From a bacterium (GTDB taxonomy: Bacteria > UBA8248): 64,000 nucleotides of DNA. Both the position numbers and the translations under genes were made by a program. Of the stretch, positions 28,749 through 39,672 are shown piece by piece. The stretch spans positions 1,760,001-1,824,000 of the forward strand of contig OY843592.1 of assembly GCA_963692865.2 (NCBI GenBank), read 5' to 3'. How positions within the stretch are numbered: the first letter of the stretch is position 1; each line of letters begins with the position of its first letter. The notes under the pieces are model-generated. The model was not told the DNA's origin and did no database searches. It saw nothing but the letters and a program-made list of their open reading frames with translations.

Positions 28749-29340
28749 GGGGGTTGTTGAAAAAGCCCGATGCGGCGCAATCCCCTACTCGTCCTGCGCA
28801 GCCCGCCGCTCCGCCTCACCCTGAGTAGCGCGAAGCCGCGTATCGAAGGGCGAAATTCGCGCCCGCCGGAGAGATGCGCCCCCATCCTTCGATACGGCGC
28901 TTACGCGCCTACTCGGGATGAGGGTTCGGAGCGCTTGCCCGGGATGAGAGCGTCAAGCGTTCCGCGAAGCCCGATGCCGCGAGGTGGGTCAATCCCGACC
29001 GGCGTCCCCTGCACATCCCCCCCTCGAATGACGACCGTAGCGGACAGGCCCCAGCGCCTGTCCGAGGTCGCTACGAAGCGGCGCGGCTTTGTTCGTCATT
29101 CCGGCGAAAGCCGGAATCCATTTGTTTTGCTTTGTTTTTTATTTTCTGCCTGGTTCTCGCCAATGCCGAGTAAATGAAAAGCCGGTGTATTGTCATTCTG
29201 ATCGAGAATGGATTCCGGCTTTCGCCGGAATGACGGCCGGAGACTGCGAATCCCGGAGTAATAGCCCCTCTTCGGGGCTGCTCCACAAGCCCCCGCCGCG
29301 CTGTCCTGATGAAGGACAACCACGGGGGGTTGTCCCTACA
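28749..29340. repeat. Composite repeat cluster (inverted copy of 16.4-16.6 kb module, REP doublet 29095-29120/29209-29234, TGTCCCTAC REP)
   Basis: Direct comparison with the other copies. Confidence 0.85.
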
Positions 29341-29356
29341 AGCGCAAACCCGGCCC

Positions 29357-30022
29357 CTACCGGGCGTAGCCCCTGCGCTTGTAGACGCCGGGGGAGCCGG
29401 GCTCCTGGCGGTAATAGCTCCGCACGCGCGCTGTCCATTCCGAAGCGTTCATGTGCTTCCATTCGGGCGTTCCGCGCACGGATTCATCCTCCATCTCATA
29501 GAGGACGATCATGAGCCGCTCCCCCTCCACGGGGCTGTAGCGGCGCATGCGCCTCACCCCCGGCACCTTCTCGCAAAGCGGGCCGCGATCTTGGGAGTAC
29601 CAGCCGTTGAAGTCGGCGAGTCTGTCCTGGGGCACGTTGATCCTGCCGAACTGGACGACGGGGGCGAGGCCCGCCGCATCCACCGAGGGGAAATCGGGCG
29701 GCCGGGCGGGCAGGCCGGGATAGACCTGCGCGCACACGAGGCGGATGTGGGTCCTCGGGGTGGCGGGGAAGCGCATTTCTGCGGCGTCCATGAGCGAGGC
29801 GAACTCCTCGCCGTAGAACACGTGGACGTTCTCCGCCTCCATGAGGATCAGGCAGCGCGGCGCGCCGTCTACGGCCTCATAGACAGCGCCTCCGTTCACG
29901 CCCGGAACTTCGAGCATACGCGAGAGACGAACCTTGTCGAGCCACCCGAGCGCCTGCTCTTCCTCGCCTTCGGCGAAGTCGAACAACTCGGCGAGCAAAC
30001 CCATGCCGTGTGTGCGTACCAA
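29357..30022 (-). CDS. Hypothetical protein with two EthD/dimeric alpha-beta-barrel-like repeats
   Basis: Repeated W....L.VPGV...Y pattern; start 30022 (TTG) or 30004. Confidence 0.55.
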   Translation of the reverse strand: MVRTHGMGLLAELFDFAEGEEEQALGWLDKVRLSRMLEVPGVNGGAVYEAVDGAPRCLILMEAENVHVFYGEEFASLMDAAEMRFPATPRTHIRLVCAQVYPGLPARPPDFPSVDAAGLAPVVQFGRINVPQDRLADFNGWYSQDRGPLCEKVPGVRRMRRYSPVEGERLMIVLYEMEDESVRGTPEWKHMNASEWTARVRSYYRQEPGSPGVYKRRGYAR

Positions 30023-30071
30023 AAGAATCTTGCCTCTTTGGCGACGGGAAATAGAATGGGGAGAGTCTACA

Positions 30072-30365
30072 CTATTTCTTCTGGAGAGCCACCCGTATCG
30101 TGCCCCCGTACTGCGCGGCCACCAGATGATGGGGGCGATATCCTTCCTTGACGATCTCGACCGTGAACGTATCCGCGTAATGATCCTTGATCTTCTTCCA
30201 GGGGATGAGGACCGGCGATTTCCCTATCTTCTCCTTGCCGAGCTTCACCGTGGCGCCCGGAGGCTCCGTGATCACCTCCACGCCGCGCGGCACCATGTCG
30301 CCGCACGCGCTCAAAACGAAAACGGCGGCGAGAAGCGCCAATCCCATGCCGAGGGTCTTGCGCAT
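30072..30365 (-). CDS. PEGA-domain lipoprotein
   Basis: LSAC lipobox; ITEPPGATV...IGKSP...KEGY. Confidence 0.7.
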   Translation of the reverse strand: MRKTLGMGLALLAAVFVLSACGDMVPRGVEVITEPPGATVKLGKEKIGKSPVLIPWKKIKDHYADTFTVEIVKEGYRPHHLVAAQYGGTIRVALQKK

Positions 30366-30457
30366 TCTTCGTTTCTCCTTCATTGCTTTACACATCGAAT
30401 CCCATATACGTGAAGCGGGCGCGACCCAAAAGCCTTCATCTTGACTTTCAGGGGATT

Positions 30458-31006
30458 ATGAACGCATATCTTGACAAAATCCAGCCGCGAAACGCACCTT
30501 CAGCGAGAATATCGAAACGAGAGGAGTTCCGCTTGCGCAGGCACCGCTATTATTTCGACCTCATACTTGAGGGCATGGACAAATACAACCTCGCCGACTG
30601 CATCGTGGACGAATACCTGCCCCTCACCGCGCAGATGCCCATCTGGGAGATTGCGGAAAAAATCCGCGAGGGGCACTTCCATTTCGAGCACGAAAGCCCG
30701 GAGCCGCTTGAGGAATTCCCGAAAAACCTCGAAGCCTTCAGCGCCTATCTCCACCAGGTGGTCAAGGGCTTTCACGCGGTGGAAGAGGCGGAAGACACCC
30801 AGGTCCGTCTCGTCGAGGCCCAAAAAATCCTCGCGCTCCGGGGCGAGGTCGTCACACTACCCTTGAGGCTCCCGCCCACGCTCCGGCTCAACGACCTGGA
30901 TCCCGACGCCGAGGATATCGACCACATCGAGGCGCGCTGGCCGGACTACCCGCGCTGGCTCCAGGACGGGATGCGGCGAAAGCATCCCTACTTGAGGCGT
31001 CTGTAG
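30458..31006 (+). CDS. Hypothetical protein
   Basis: Coding-like codon usage, GGGGA RBS, no family recognised. Confidence 0.6.
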   Translation: MNAYLDKIQPRNAPSARISKREEFRLRRHRYYFDLILEGMDKYNLADCIVDEYLPLTAQMPIWEIAEKIREGHFHFEHESPEPLEEFPKNLEAFSAYLHQVVKGFHAVEEAEDTQVRLVEAQKILALRGEVVTLPLRLPPTLRLNDLDPDAEDIDHIEARWPDYPRWLQDGMRRKHPYLRRL

Positions 31007-31024
31007 CGGGCGGGGAAAAGCAAA

Positions 31025-32563
31025 TCAGGGGCTGATCTTCAGGAAGTTCGGGTCGCTCTCGTCCCCGGAGGGGTCGAGCGTCTCGCTCACGCCGTTCCCA
31101 TCGCCCGCGCGCGGGGTCTCCTCGGCAGGAGGCGTGCGCTCACTTTCATCCTGTTCATTCACCTGACCCGCTTCGAGTTCTCCCGGCGTTTTTTCTACGG
31201 AGGAGAACTGCGCGAGGTCCTCTTCCTCGCCCGCGTCATGCGCCTGAAGCGCGCGCGGGGTTCTCTCCAGCGGGGATATCCGATCGATCTCGCCTTCGCT
31301 CCCCGGCGCGACGCCCAGTTCCCGGAACTTCCGCGCCGACACCAGCACGCGCGTCTCATACGAACCCACCGCCTTGTTGTAGGCCTCGACCGCCCTGTCC
31401 AGGCCCCGGCCCATGGTCTCGAAATGTTTCGAGAGCGTTTTGAGACGCGCGTAAAGTTCCCCTCCAAGCGCGCTCACCGCCTGGGCGCTCTCGGCCACCT
31501 TCTCCTGCCGCCAGCCGTAGGCCACCGCGCGCAAAAGGGCGATGAGCGTCGTGGGCGTCGCCAGAATGACCTGGCGGCTTACGCCCTCCTCTATCAGGCC
31601 GGGTTCCTGCTCCAGCGCCGCGCTGAAGAAGCTCTCCCCGGGCAGGAACATCGCCACGAACTCGGGCGTGGACTCGCACTGATCCCAATACGCCTTCGAA
31701 CCCAGGCGGTTCATGTGGTCGCGAATCTGGCGCGCGTGCTCTCCCAAAAAGGCGCGGCGCGCGTCCTCGTCTTCGGCTTCGAGCGAATTCAAGTAGGCTT
31801 CGAGCGGCGCCTTGGCGTCGACCACCACGTTCTTCCCGCCGGGCAGCTTCACGATGAGGTCGGGGCGCAGGCGCGCCTCCTCGCCCTCGAGCGTCTGCTG
31901 CTCCACGAAGTCGCAGTGCGCCACCATGCCGGCCATCTCCACCACGCGCCTTAACTGCATCTCCCCCCAGCGGCCGCGCACGCTGGGCGCGCGCAGGGCC
32001 TTCACGAGGTTGCCCGTCTCCGATTGAAGCTCCTTTTGCGCGCTCGCGAGGGACTTGACCTGCTCGGTGAGCGAGCCGTACGCCTCCCGCCTAGCCCGCT
32101 CGAGGTCCTCCACCTGGCCCCCGACCTTGTCGAGCGACTCCCGGATGGGGGCGACCAGGGTTTCCACCGCCTTCTGGCGCGCTTCCAGGTCGCCCTTGGC
32201 CTCGCTCTGGAATTTTTCGAGGGTCGCCTTCGCCAGATCGAGAAAAGAGGCGTTGTTGCTCTTTAAAGCATTGGCGCTCAGCGCGCCGAAACTCTCGCGC
32301 ATCTCCTCGGTCGCGCCGCGAAGCAGGTCGATTTTCTCCTGCGCCGATTTGCGCTCGTGCGCGAGGTCGGACTCGATGCGCGCCACGTTCTCTCGCAGGG
32401 CCGTGTTCTTGTCCTGCTCGGCGGCGTGGGCCGCCTGGGCGTCGGCCTTTTCCTTCTCGGCGTTGCGCAGCATCCGGGACAAGCCCGATATCCGCGACCT
32501 CATGGCGAACCAGAGGCACAAGGCGAGGGCGGCGGCTCCCGAGGCGACGTGCCAGATTTCCAT
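31025..32563 (-). CDS. rmuC: DNA recombination protein RmuC
   Basis: N-terminal TM + coiled coil; [34 protein letters not shown]. Confidence 0.92.
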   Translation of the reverse strand: MEIWHVASGAAALALCLWFAMRSRISGLSRMLRNAEKEKADAQAAHAAEQDKNTALRENVARIESDLAHERKSAQEKIDLLRGATEEMRESFGALSANALKSNNASFLDLAKATLEKFQSEAKGDLEARQKAVETLVAPIRESLDKVGGQVEDLERARREAYGSLTEQVKSLASAQKELQSETGNLVKALRAPSVRGRWGEMQLRRVVEMAGMVAHCDFVEQQTLEGEEARLRPDLIVKLPGGKNVVVDAKAPLEAYLNSLEAEDEDARRAFLGEHARQIRDHMNRLGSKAYWDQCESTPEFVAMFLPGESFFSAALEQEPGLIEEGVSRQVILATPTTLIALLRAVAYGWRQEKVAESAQAVSALGGELYARLKTLSKHFETMGRGLDRAVEAYNKAVGSYETRVLVSARKFRELGVAPGSEGEIDRISPLERTPRALQAHDAGEEEDLAQFSSVEKTPGELEAGQVNEQDESERTPPAEETPRAGDGNGVSETLDPSGDESDPNFLKISP

Positions 32564-32680
32564 GCGGGAATTCTCCCTGGGGCGATGATTTCTCATGGCG
32601 GGCGGGTGTCGCAAGTCTCGCTGGCATTGTATCAGGGTTCGCGGAAAAATTCTTCCCGGCGGGGTTTGGGCATGAAAACG

Positions 32681-32760
32681 GGCGGCCGCAGGGGGCCACC
32701 CCTACGAAACTCCGAGCTCGAAACGAAGCGTAAGGACAGGTCTCGACCTGTCCCTACAAA
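32681..32760. repeat. GTAG-type REP sequences (reverse orientation, ending CCCTAC)
   Basis: GGACAGGTCTCGACCTGTCCCTAC and GGGCGGCCGCAGGGGGCCACCCCTAC. Confidence 0.7.
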
Positions 32761-32784
32761 ACCAACCCCACCCGCCCCTGGAAA

Positions 32785-33060
32785 TCACTCCTCTTCGAGG
32801 CGGACGGCGGTGTCGATGAGGATGCGGTAAATCTGCTCGAGCGTCTCGGGCGGGCACGGGCCCTCGTTGCCGCCCAGCACTCTGGCGAAGACTTCGCTCT
32901 CGCGTTCTTCGTCCTTGACGGCGATGCCCCGCGCGCTCTTGTACTCGCCGACTTCGAGGCAGATTTTGAGCCGCTCGTTGACGAGGCGGATTATCTGCGC
33001 GTCGCACGCATCTATCCGCTCCCTGAACCCGGACAATCCATCCGCCATGCCGCGCTCCAT
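32785..33060 (-). CDS. Chorismate mutase, AroQ type
   Basis: RERIDACDAQIIRLVNER...VGEYK...DEERE. Confidence 0.85.
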   Translation of the reverse strand: MERGMADGLSGFRERIDACDAQIIRLVNERLKICLEVGEYKSARGIAVKDEERESEVFARVLGGNEGPCPPETLEQIYRILIDTAVRLEEE

Positions 33061-33303
33061 TTCAAGGACGTGTTGAGAGCAGGAACGGCATTATACCACG
33101 ATTCGCGGCGGTTTCATTCCCTCCGGCCCCAATTCCGCGAAAACGCTTTTCGCGGGCGTCTGACTCGATGCGCAAAGCAACCGGGCGCCATGCGTTTTTC
33201 GTTGCCGCCGACTGCGTGGATTTGGTATGTTGCTCTCGTGCGGCGCGCAAACAATTTCGCCGCTTCCAGACTCGTTCTCTTTCGGAAAATAGGAGTCGTT
33301 CAC

Positions 33304-35148
33304 ATGCCGCATCATCTTCGTCTGATCGGCGTCGTTCTTCTCGCGCTCACCCTGGGATTCACCGGGAGCGCCTCGGCGCAGAGTTTCAGCAACTTCGTCG
33401 TGTTCGGCGACAGCCTGAGCGATTCGGGCAACGCGGCCCAGGCGTTTGGACTGCCGGCGGGCGCCAGCTTCACCACGAATCCCGATCCCGTCTGGGCGGA
33501 GATCGTCGCGGAGGCCTTCGGCGCATCGGGGAAGAATTCGCTCGCCGGCGGGCCGAACTACGCCGCCGCCGGAGCGTGCGTGAATCCGGCCACGCCTTGC
33601 GATGAGCCCGACTCGCCGACTCTGACGGAGCAGATCGGCCTGCACCTCTCCTCCGTGGGCGGGCGCCTCGACCCGAAGACGCTCTACGCCGTCTGGGGTG
33701 GCCTGAACGACATCGCCGACTCCGCGCAGAACGATACCCCCAACGCGCTGGGCCATACGCTGGCGGCCGCGGACGTGAACGTCGCGCAGATACGACGCCT
33801 GCAGGAAGCCGGCGCCCGCCATATTCTGGTGTTCAATCTCCCCGACGTCAGCATCGCTCCATACAGCATCGGCCAGGGGCCAGTCGTCCAGGGAGCGCTG
33901 GCCGCATTCGGCGCCGAATACAACAAGAAGCTCTTCGATGGGATTCGCAAGAATGAGGGGGGCGTCATCCCCGTCAACATATATGCCGTTTTCAACGAAA
34001 TCCTCGCAAACCCCGGCGCATACGGCCTCACCAGCATCACCGGAACGGCCTGCGGGGAACCGAACGCCCCGGAGGCGCTCTCCATCCAGTGCGGGCCTGC
34101 GGGTTCTCCTTTTCCCGTAACTTATGCGCCCGGGACCAACCAGACGTACCTGTTCGCGGACCGCAGCCATCCGACCGGCGGGGTCCACGCGATGCTCGCA
34201 TCCCTGGTCGCCTCCACGCTGGCGGCCCCGCTCCAGGTCTCGCTCGCGGGCGAGGCGGGCGCCGAGGCGGCGGCCGCGCACCACGGCGTCATCGCGGCGG
34301 AGCGCGCTCCGGATTTCGCGCTCCCCGTCGGGAGTTGGCGCGGCTATGCGCGGGGGCAGTTCGGGGGAAGCGACCCGGGCGCTCTCGCGCGTCTCGGGGA
34401 TATCGAATCCGACATGACGGTAATCACTCTCGGAGCCGGACATCGCGCCGGCCCGGACCTCTCCTGGGGCGCCGCGCTGAGCGTCGCCCGCCACGAAAAC
34501 GAACTCACGGGGACAAACCTGGACAGCGACGTCGTGCTCGGCTCGCTACACGGCGCGTGGCGCAGCGGCGGTCTCCAGGTGAGCATCGCCCTGACTCTGG
34601 GCCAGACCTCGGTAGATATCGATCGTTCGATCACCGTGCAAGCCTTGACGCGAACCGAGCGAGGCTCCACCGAAGCCGCCCTGGTCGGGGGCGAATTCGA
34701 GCTGGCGTGTATATGCAACACTTCCGAGACTCTCCGGCACGGCCCTTTCTTCGGCCTCGCGCTGCTTAACCAGGACGTCAAGGGTTACCGGGAGAGCGGA
34801 AGTTCGTCTACCTCGATGAATTTCTCGGACTTCTCGCGCAATTCCTTCGTCGCGCGCGGCGGCTACCGCCTCGGCTGGCGCATCGGCGGACTTCGCCCCT
34901 ACGCGAGCATCGCCTATGAGCACGAACTCGAGGACGACCCCGTCCTCGTCTCGGCGGGTTCGAACACCATGCCCGGGCGCTTCACGCTTCCGGGCTTCAC
35001 GCCTTCGGGCGGCACCGTGAGCGCCGACTTGGGCGTAAGCGCGAAACTCGGCGAGCGCGCGAGCGGCCTCGTGGGCTACGCCGGACGCTTCGGCGAGGAC
35101 TCGCGCCGCAGCCACCGCCTCTCGCTCGCCTTGCGAATCGTCTTTTGA
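33304..35148 (+). CDS. GDSL esterase autotransporter (EstA-like)
   Basis: Signal peptide, FGDSLSD, G.ND, DRSHP, C-terminal beta-barrel ending in Phe. Confidence 0.88.
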   Translation: MPHHLRLIGVVLLALTLGFTGSASAQSFSNFVVFGDSLSDSGNAAQAFGLPAGASFTTNPDPVWAEIVAEAFGASGKNSLAGGPNYAAAGACVNPATPCDEPDSPTLTEQIGLHLSSVGGRLDPKTLYAVWGGLNDIADSAQNDTPNALGHTLAAADVNVAQIRRLQEAGARHILVFNLPDVSIAPYSIGQGPVVQGALAAFGAEYNKKLFDGIRKNEGGVIPVNIYAVFNEILANPGAYGLTSITGTACGEPNAPEALSIQCGPAGSPFPVTYAPGTNQTYLFADRSHPTGGVHAMLASLVASTLAAPLQVSLAGEAGAEAAAAHHGVIAAERAPDFALPVGSWRGYARGQFGGSDPGALARLGDIESDMTVITLGAGHRAGPDLSWGAALSVARHENELTGTNLDSDVVLGSLHGAWRSGGLQVSIALTLGQTSVDIDRSITVQALTRTERGSTEAALVGGEFELACICNTSETLRHGPFFGLALLNQDVKGYRESGSSSTSMNFSDFSRNSFVARGGYRLGWRIGGLRPYASIAYEHELEDDPVLVSAGSNTMPGRFTLPGFTPSGGTVSADLGVSAKLGERASGLVGYAGRFGEDSRRSHRLSLALRIVF

Positions 35149-35434
35149 CCGGTTGACGCGGGAGAACATGGCGGGCGGACGCCCCGGCAGTCCCACTCAC
35201 CAGTCACGGCGATTCCGGCGAGTGCTTCGGCGGGCGGCCTTTTCCCTTGAGATAGCGGAGTCCAAGCCGCCCGCGCTCCCGGGCGGGTGAAGGTCAGGCT
35301 TGACGGCTGGTCTTTCGCGAGACCGCGTTTTTGCGGGTGAGCGCCAAAAGTGTTACTAATGTGTTCCACCGGACATTTCATTCGCCGCTCGATGAGGGCG
35401 TCTTTCTTTTGGCCACGAGGCGGGGTTCGATTCG

Positions 35435-36403
35435 ATGAACGAGGCGGGAAACTTTCATTTCGGCTATCTGCTGCCCACGCGCGGCGTCGTCGTGGCGGCG
35501 GCGGGCAAGGCGCCGGACACCGACCCCATTTTTACTTTAGCGAAAAAGGCCGAAAACCTGGGTCTCGACTCCGTGTGGCTCGGCGACAGCGTGCTGGCGA
35601 AACCGCGCATGGAGAGCTTCACGACCTGGGCGGCGGTTCTCGCCTCGACCGAGCGCGTACAGGTGGGCACGGCGGTGATGCTCGCGGCGCTCAGGCATCC
35701 GGTGATGCTCGCCCAGTCGATGAGCACGCTCGACTGCATGTTTCCCGGGCGCGTCCTCCCCGGCCTGGGCGTGGGCCGCACGGACTTGAAGTTCGAGTTC
35801 GAGACCATCGGCGTTCCGATCAACGAACGCGCGCGCCGCTTCTCCGAGACCGTGGAGATACTCAAGCTCCTCTTGCGCGAACCACAAGCAAATTACGCGG
35901 GGAAGCATTTCTCCTTCGAGGGCGTGGCGCTCGAACCCCGTCCCAAAACCCCCGGCGGCCCCCCGGTCTGGATATCGAGCAACCTGGTGGATTCAGGACT
36001 CAGGCGCGTGGCGCGCTTCGCCGACGGCTGGATCACGAACTCCATCACGGCGGACCTCTACCGGCAGTGCTGGGAGAAGATTCTCTCGTATTCCGACGAG
36101 TTTGGTCGAAAAGATGAAATACAGGAAATTCCACAGTGCCTCTACGTCACGATGAACATCAACCCCGACGGGGCGAAGGCGGAGGCGCAATGCGGGGAAT
36201 TTCTCTCCAAGTACTACCACAAGACCTTCGATGAGGTGCGCAAGCAACTCCTCGTCCTCGCCGGGGATGGTGATAGCGTGGAGGAGCAACTAAGAGAATA
36301 CGTGGCGGAGGGCGCGCGCGTTTTCGTCGTTCGCTTCGCGGGCGGTAGCCAGGAAGAGCAACTCGAGAATTTCGTCTCCGAACTCCTGCCGAGGTTCAAG
36401 TAA
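35435..36403 (+). CDS. LLM-class oxidoreductase
   Basis: LLPTRG, DSVWLGDS, GTAV, RRVARFADGW. Confidence 0.85.
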   Translation: MNEAGNFHFGYLLPTRGVVVAAAGKAPDTDPIFTLAKKAENLGLDSVWLGDSVLAKPRMESFTTWAAVLASTERVQVGTAVMLAALRHPVMLAQSMSTLDCMFPGRVLPGLGVGRTDLKFEFETIGVPINERARRFSETVEILKLLLREPQANYAGKHFSFEGVALEPRPKTPGGPPVWISSNLVDSGLRRVARFADGWITNSITADLYRQCWEKILSYSDEFGRKDEIQEIPQCLYVTMNINPDGAKAEAQCGEFLSKYYHKTFDEVRKQLLVLAGDGDSVEEQLREYVAEGARVFVVRFAGGSQEEQLENFVSELLPRFK

Positions 36404-37588
36404 ATGGTCCTGGAGAACGGAACGGGCGCTTCCAAAGAGGAAGTCAGCAAGAGGATAGCGGACGCGCGCGGCCTCATGCGCGCGGCGGAACTCGACGTTC
36501 TCATCGTCATCGGGCGTTCTTTTTACGACCGCATGGGGAGCCTGACCTACCTCACCAACCATTTCCCGCCGTTTCCACCGGGCGCGTTCAGCGATACCGT
36601 CCGGGGGATGGGCCACGGCGTGCTCGTCCTGCCGATTGAGGAAGAGCCGCTCCTTTTCGTGGATCACAGAAACTATCGCCGCGAGATGGTGCACGTCGAG
36701 AAGGTACAGGTGGAGGCGAACATCTCCGCGGGCCTGGTGAATCAACTGAAACGCCTGGGCGCCGGGAGCGCGCGGGTAGGGGTCGCCGGAGAGGACATCA
36801 TGCCGGCCACGATGTACATCGACCTGACCTCCGCGCTGCCCGAGGCGCAGTTCTCGAACGCGAACGCCCTCGTGGAGCAGCTCCGCGCGAGGAAGAGCGA
36901 GACCGAAGTCGCTTACTTGAAGCGCGCGGCGGAGATCGTCGAAGCGGGCTACGCCGCGATTTTCGATGCGATTCGCCCCGGCGTGAGCGAGAGCGATCTG
37001 TGCGCCGAGGGCCATGCGGCGGGCATGCGCGCGGGTGCGGATTTCGTGCGCTACGTCCGCGTTCACAGCGGCCCGTGGGCGAGCTGGGGTTCGCGCTGGC
37101 CGCAGGCGACGCAGAGAAAGATCGAGGCGGGCGACCTGATCCGCTTCGACTACGTGGGCGCGGTGGAGGGTTACGGCTTTGACGTGAACCGCACCGCCGT
37201 GGTTCCGGGAAAGAAACTCGATAAGGGCGTGGAGGAGATGCTGGAGTTGACCGTCGCGACCTCGGAAGCGTCGATGGGCGCGGTTCGCGCGGGCGCCAAG
37301 GCTTCGGATGTGCACGAGGCGGCGAGCCGGTTCCTGGACGAAAACGCGAACGGGGCGGGGCAGTATCTCTTCCCGATGGCGGGGCACGGCATCGGTCTCG
37401 AAACCGTGGAGGCGCCCATCATCCGGCCGGACAACGAGATGGCGCTTGAGCGCAACATGGTGCTCTGCGTAGAGCCGCAGTTCGTGCTGCCAGAAGTCGG
37501 GGGCACGAACATCGAGCAGATGGCGCTCGTGACGGACGAGGGATGTGAACTCCTCACGACGACCACCACGCGCCCCTGGGCGGAGTGA
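36404..37588 (+). CDS. M24 Xaa-Pro peptidase/creatinase family hydrolase
   Basis: RARKSETE, D...D (FDY, DVNRT), GHGIGL, VEP, NIEQ. Confidence 0.85.
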   Translation: MVLENGTGASKEEVSKRIADARGLMRAAELDVLIVIGRSFYDRMGSLTYLTNHFPPFPPGAFSDTVRGMGHGVLVLPIEEEPLLFVDHRNYRREMVHVEKVQVEANISAGLVNQLKRLGAGSARVGVAGEDIMPATMYIDLTSALPEAQFSNANALVEQLRARKSETEVAYLKRAAEIVEAGYAAIFDAIRPGVSESDLCAEGHAAGMRAGADFVRYVRVHSGPWASWGSRWPQATQRKIEAGDLIRFDYVGAVEGYGFDVNRTAVVPGKKLDKGVEEMLELTVATSEASMGAVRAGAKASDVHEAASRFLDENANGAGQYLFPMAGHGIGLETVEAPIIRPDNEMALERNMVLCVEPQFVLPEVGGTNIEQMALVTDEGCELLTTTTTRPWAE

Positions 37589-37742
37589 GTCAGGCACTCC
37601 AGGGCTGGCGGGTAAAGTCGCCTGATGAGTGAAAATCGATAATCATGCGTTCGTAATGCGCTGGTAATTTTCATGTGAGACGCTTCCTGATGAGTCTGGC
37701 GTTTGTTCGTGAAAAACACTTCTTTAAGAGGATGGAATTTCC

Positions 37743-39614
37743 ATGAAGCGGTTCCTGAGCCCGGTCGCGCTGTTGGCCATTGTCTGGTCGGTCATCCAGC
37801 TTTACTGGGCCTTCTTTGGGATGCTTCACGTCTTCACTTCCAGACCGCTTCACCTGAGCTTCGCGCTGGGCATCGTCTTCCTCACGAAACCGTTTCGCAA
37901 GGAAGGCCGCGTAGGTCCCGTCGATTACGTCCTGACCGTCATCGCCATGGCCATCGCTGTGCTCTATCTGTGGGAGTGGAACTTCCTGAACGAGCGCATC
38001 CGCGACGTGGACGAAGTGCCCACGCGCTATATCTACTTAGGGTTAGCCTACATCCTTCTGACCGTCGAAGCGTCGCGGCGTTATCTCGGCTGGGGCGTTA
38101 CCTCGGTCGCCGTCGTGGCGCTGGCCTATAACTTTCTGGGCCACCTGATACCGGGCGCGCTGGGGCACCGCTTCATCCTGTTGACCGAGTTCATCGAGTT
38201 CCAGATTCTGGGCGTCGAGGGCCTGCTGGGCGTTCCGCTGGGCGTGAGCGCGGAGGTGGTGTTCTATTTCGTGCTCTTCTCGGCGGCGCTCGAGGTCTCG
38301 GGCGGCGGGCGCATGTTCATCGATCTGGCCATCCGGCTCACCGGTTCGTTCCGCGGCGGGCCGGCCAAGGCGGCGATTGTGAGCAGCAGCCTCATGGGAA
38401 CCATCAGCGGGAGCGCGACGGCGAACGTCGTGGGAACCGGCATCTTCACCATCCCGCTGATGAAGCGCCTGGGCTTCGCCCCCCATTACGCGGGCGCCGT
38501 GGAAGCGGTGGCTTCCACGGGTGGACAGCTCATGCCGCCCATCATGGGCGCGGGGGCCTTCATCCTGGCCGACATGACGGGAACGCCCTATCTCCGGGTG
38601 GCGGGCGCGGCGGCCATACCGGCCATCATCTATTACGTCTCGCTGTTCTTCATGGTCGATCTGGAGGCGAAGAAGCTGAACCTGAAGGGCCTGAGCAAAG
38701 ACGAGATGCCGGAGCTCAGGAGCATCCTCCTGGAGCGCGGCCTCCTGCTTTTTCCGATCGTCCTGCTCCTGGGCTACATGGTCGCGGGTTTCACGCTCAT
38801 GTGGTCGGCGACTTCCGCGGCCATCGGCGTGGTGGTGCTCAGCTGGGTGCGCAAGCCGACGCGCATGGGGCTCGAGAAAATCATCGAAGCGCTCGAGAAG
38901 GCGGGTCGCATGACTGTCCCCGTCGCGGTTCCCTGCGCCATCGCGGGCGTCGTGGTCGGCGTGGTGGACGATACGGGCATCGGCCTCAAGTTCTCGGGCC
39001 TCATCGTCAACATCTCGGGCGGCATGATCCTGCCCGCACTGGGCCTCACGCTCATCGGCTGCGTCATCATGGGCATGGGGATGCCCACCGCCGCCGCCTA
39101 CATCATGGCGGGCACCCTCCTGGGGCCTGCGCTGTTCAAGCTGGGCCTTCCCGTTCTGGCGGCGCACATGTTCATCTACTATTTCGCCATTCTCTCCATG
39201 CTCACGCCGCCGGTGGCGCTCTCGGCCTACGTCGCCTCCGGCGTGGCCGATTCGGACCTGACCGCCACGGGCTGGAAGGCGTTCCAGCTGTCTTTGGCGG
39301 GATTTCTCATTCCCTTCGCGTTCGTATATAATCCGTCCATGCTATTCATCGGCCCGCTCGGTGAGACGATGTGGGTGTCGATCACCTGCATCATCGGCGT
39401 GGCGGCCCTGGCGGCGGCGATCACCGGGCACATATCGCTCCCCCTGGCGGGCTGGGAGCGGGCGGTTTTCTTTATCTGCTGCCTGGGGCTGATTGTTCCG
39501 GAGAAGATGACGGACATCATCGGCTCCGTGTTGCTGGTCATTGTTTTCTGGCGGCATCTGGCGCGCGCCAAGAAAAGCGCCCTCGCCGTGGAGTCGGCGG
39601 GGCCGGTGTCTTAG
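37743..39614 (+). CDS. TRAP transporter fused 4TM/12TM permease
   Basis: RGGPAK, SGSATANV, ASTGGQLMPPIMGAGAF, GMGMPT, TPPVAL. Confidence 0.92.
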   Translation: MKRFLSPVALLAIVWSVIQLYWAFFGMLHVFTSRPLHLSFALGIVFLTKPFRKEGRVGPVDYVLTVIAMAIAVLYLWEWNFLNERIRDVDEVPTRYIYLGLAYILLTVEASRRYLGWGVTSVAVVALAYNFLGHLIPGALGHRFILLTEFIEFQILGVEGLLGVPLGVSAEVVFYFVLFSAALEVSGGGRMFIDLAIRLTGSFRGGPAKAAIVSSSLMGTISGSATANVVGTGIFTIPLMKRLGFAPHYAGAVEAVASTGGQLMPPIMGAGAFILADMTGTPYLRVAGAAAIPAIIYYVSLFFMVDLEAKKLNLKGLSKDEMPELRSILLERGLLLFPIVLLLGYMVAGFTLMWSATSAAIGVVVLSWVRKPTRMGLEKIIEALEKAGRMTVPVAVPCAIAGVVVGVVDDTGIGLKFSGLIVNISGGMILPALGLTLIGCVIMGMGMPTAAAYIMAGTLLGPALFKLGLPVLAAHMFIYYFAILSMLTPPVALSAYVASGVADSDLTATGWKAFQLSLAGFLIPFAFVYNPSMLFIGPLGETMWVSITCIIGVAALAAAITGHISLPLAGWERAVFFICCLGLIVPEKMTDIIGSVLLVIVFWRHLARAKKSALAVESAGPVS

Positions 39615-39672
39615 CCAAGAACGCATTATAGACGGAACAATTCGTGGTATTTCCAACAGAGGAGTTTTCGAC

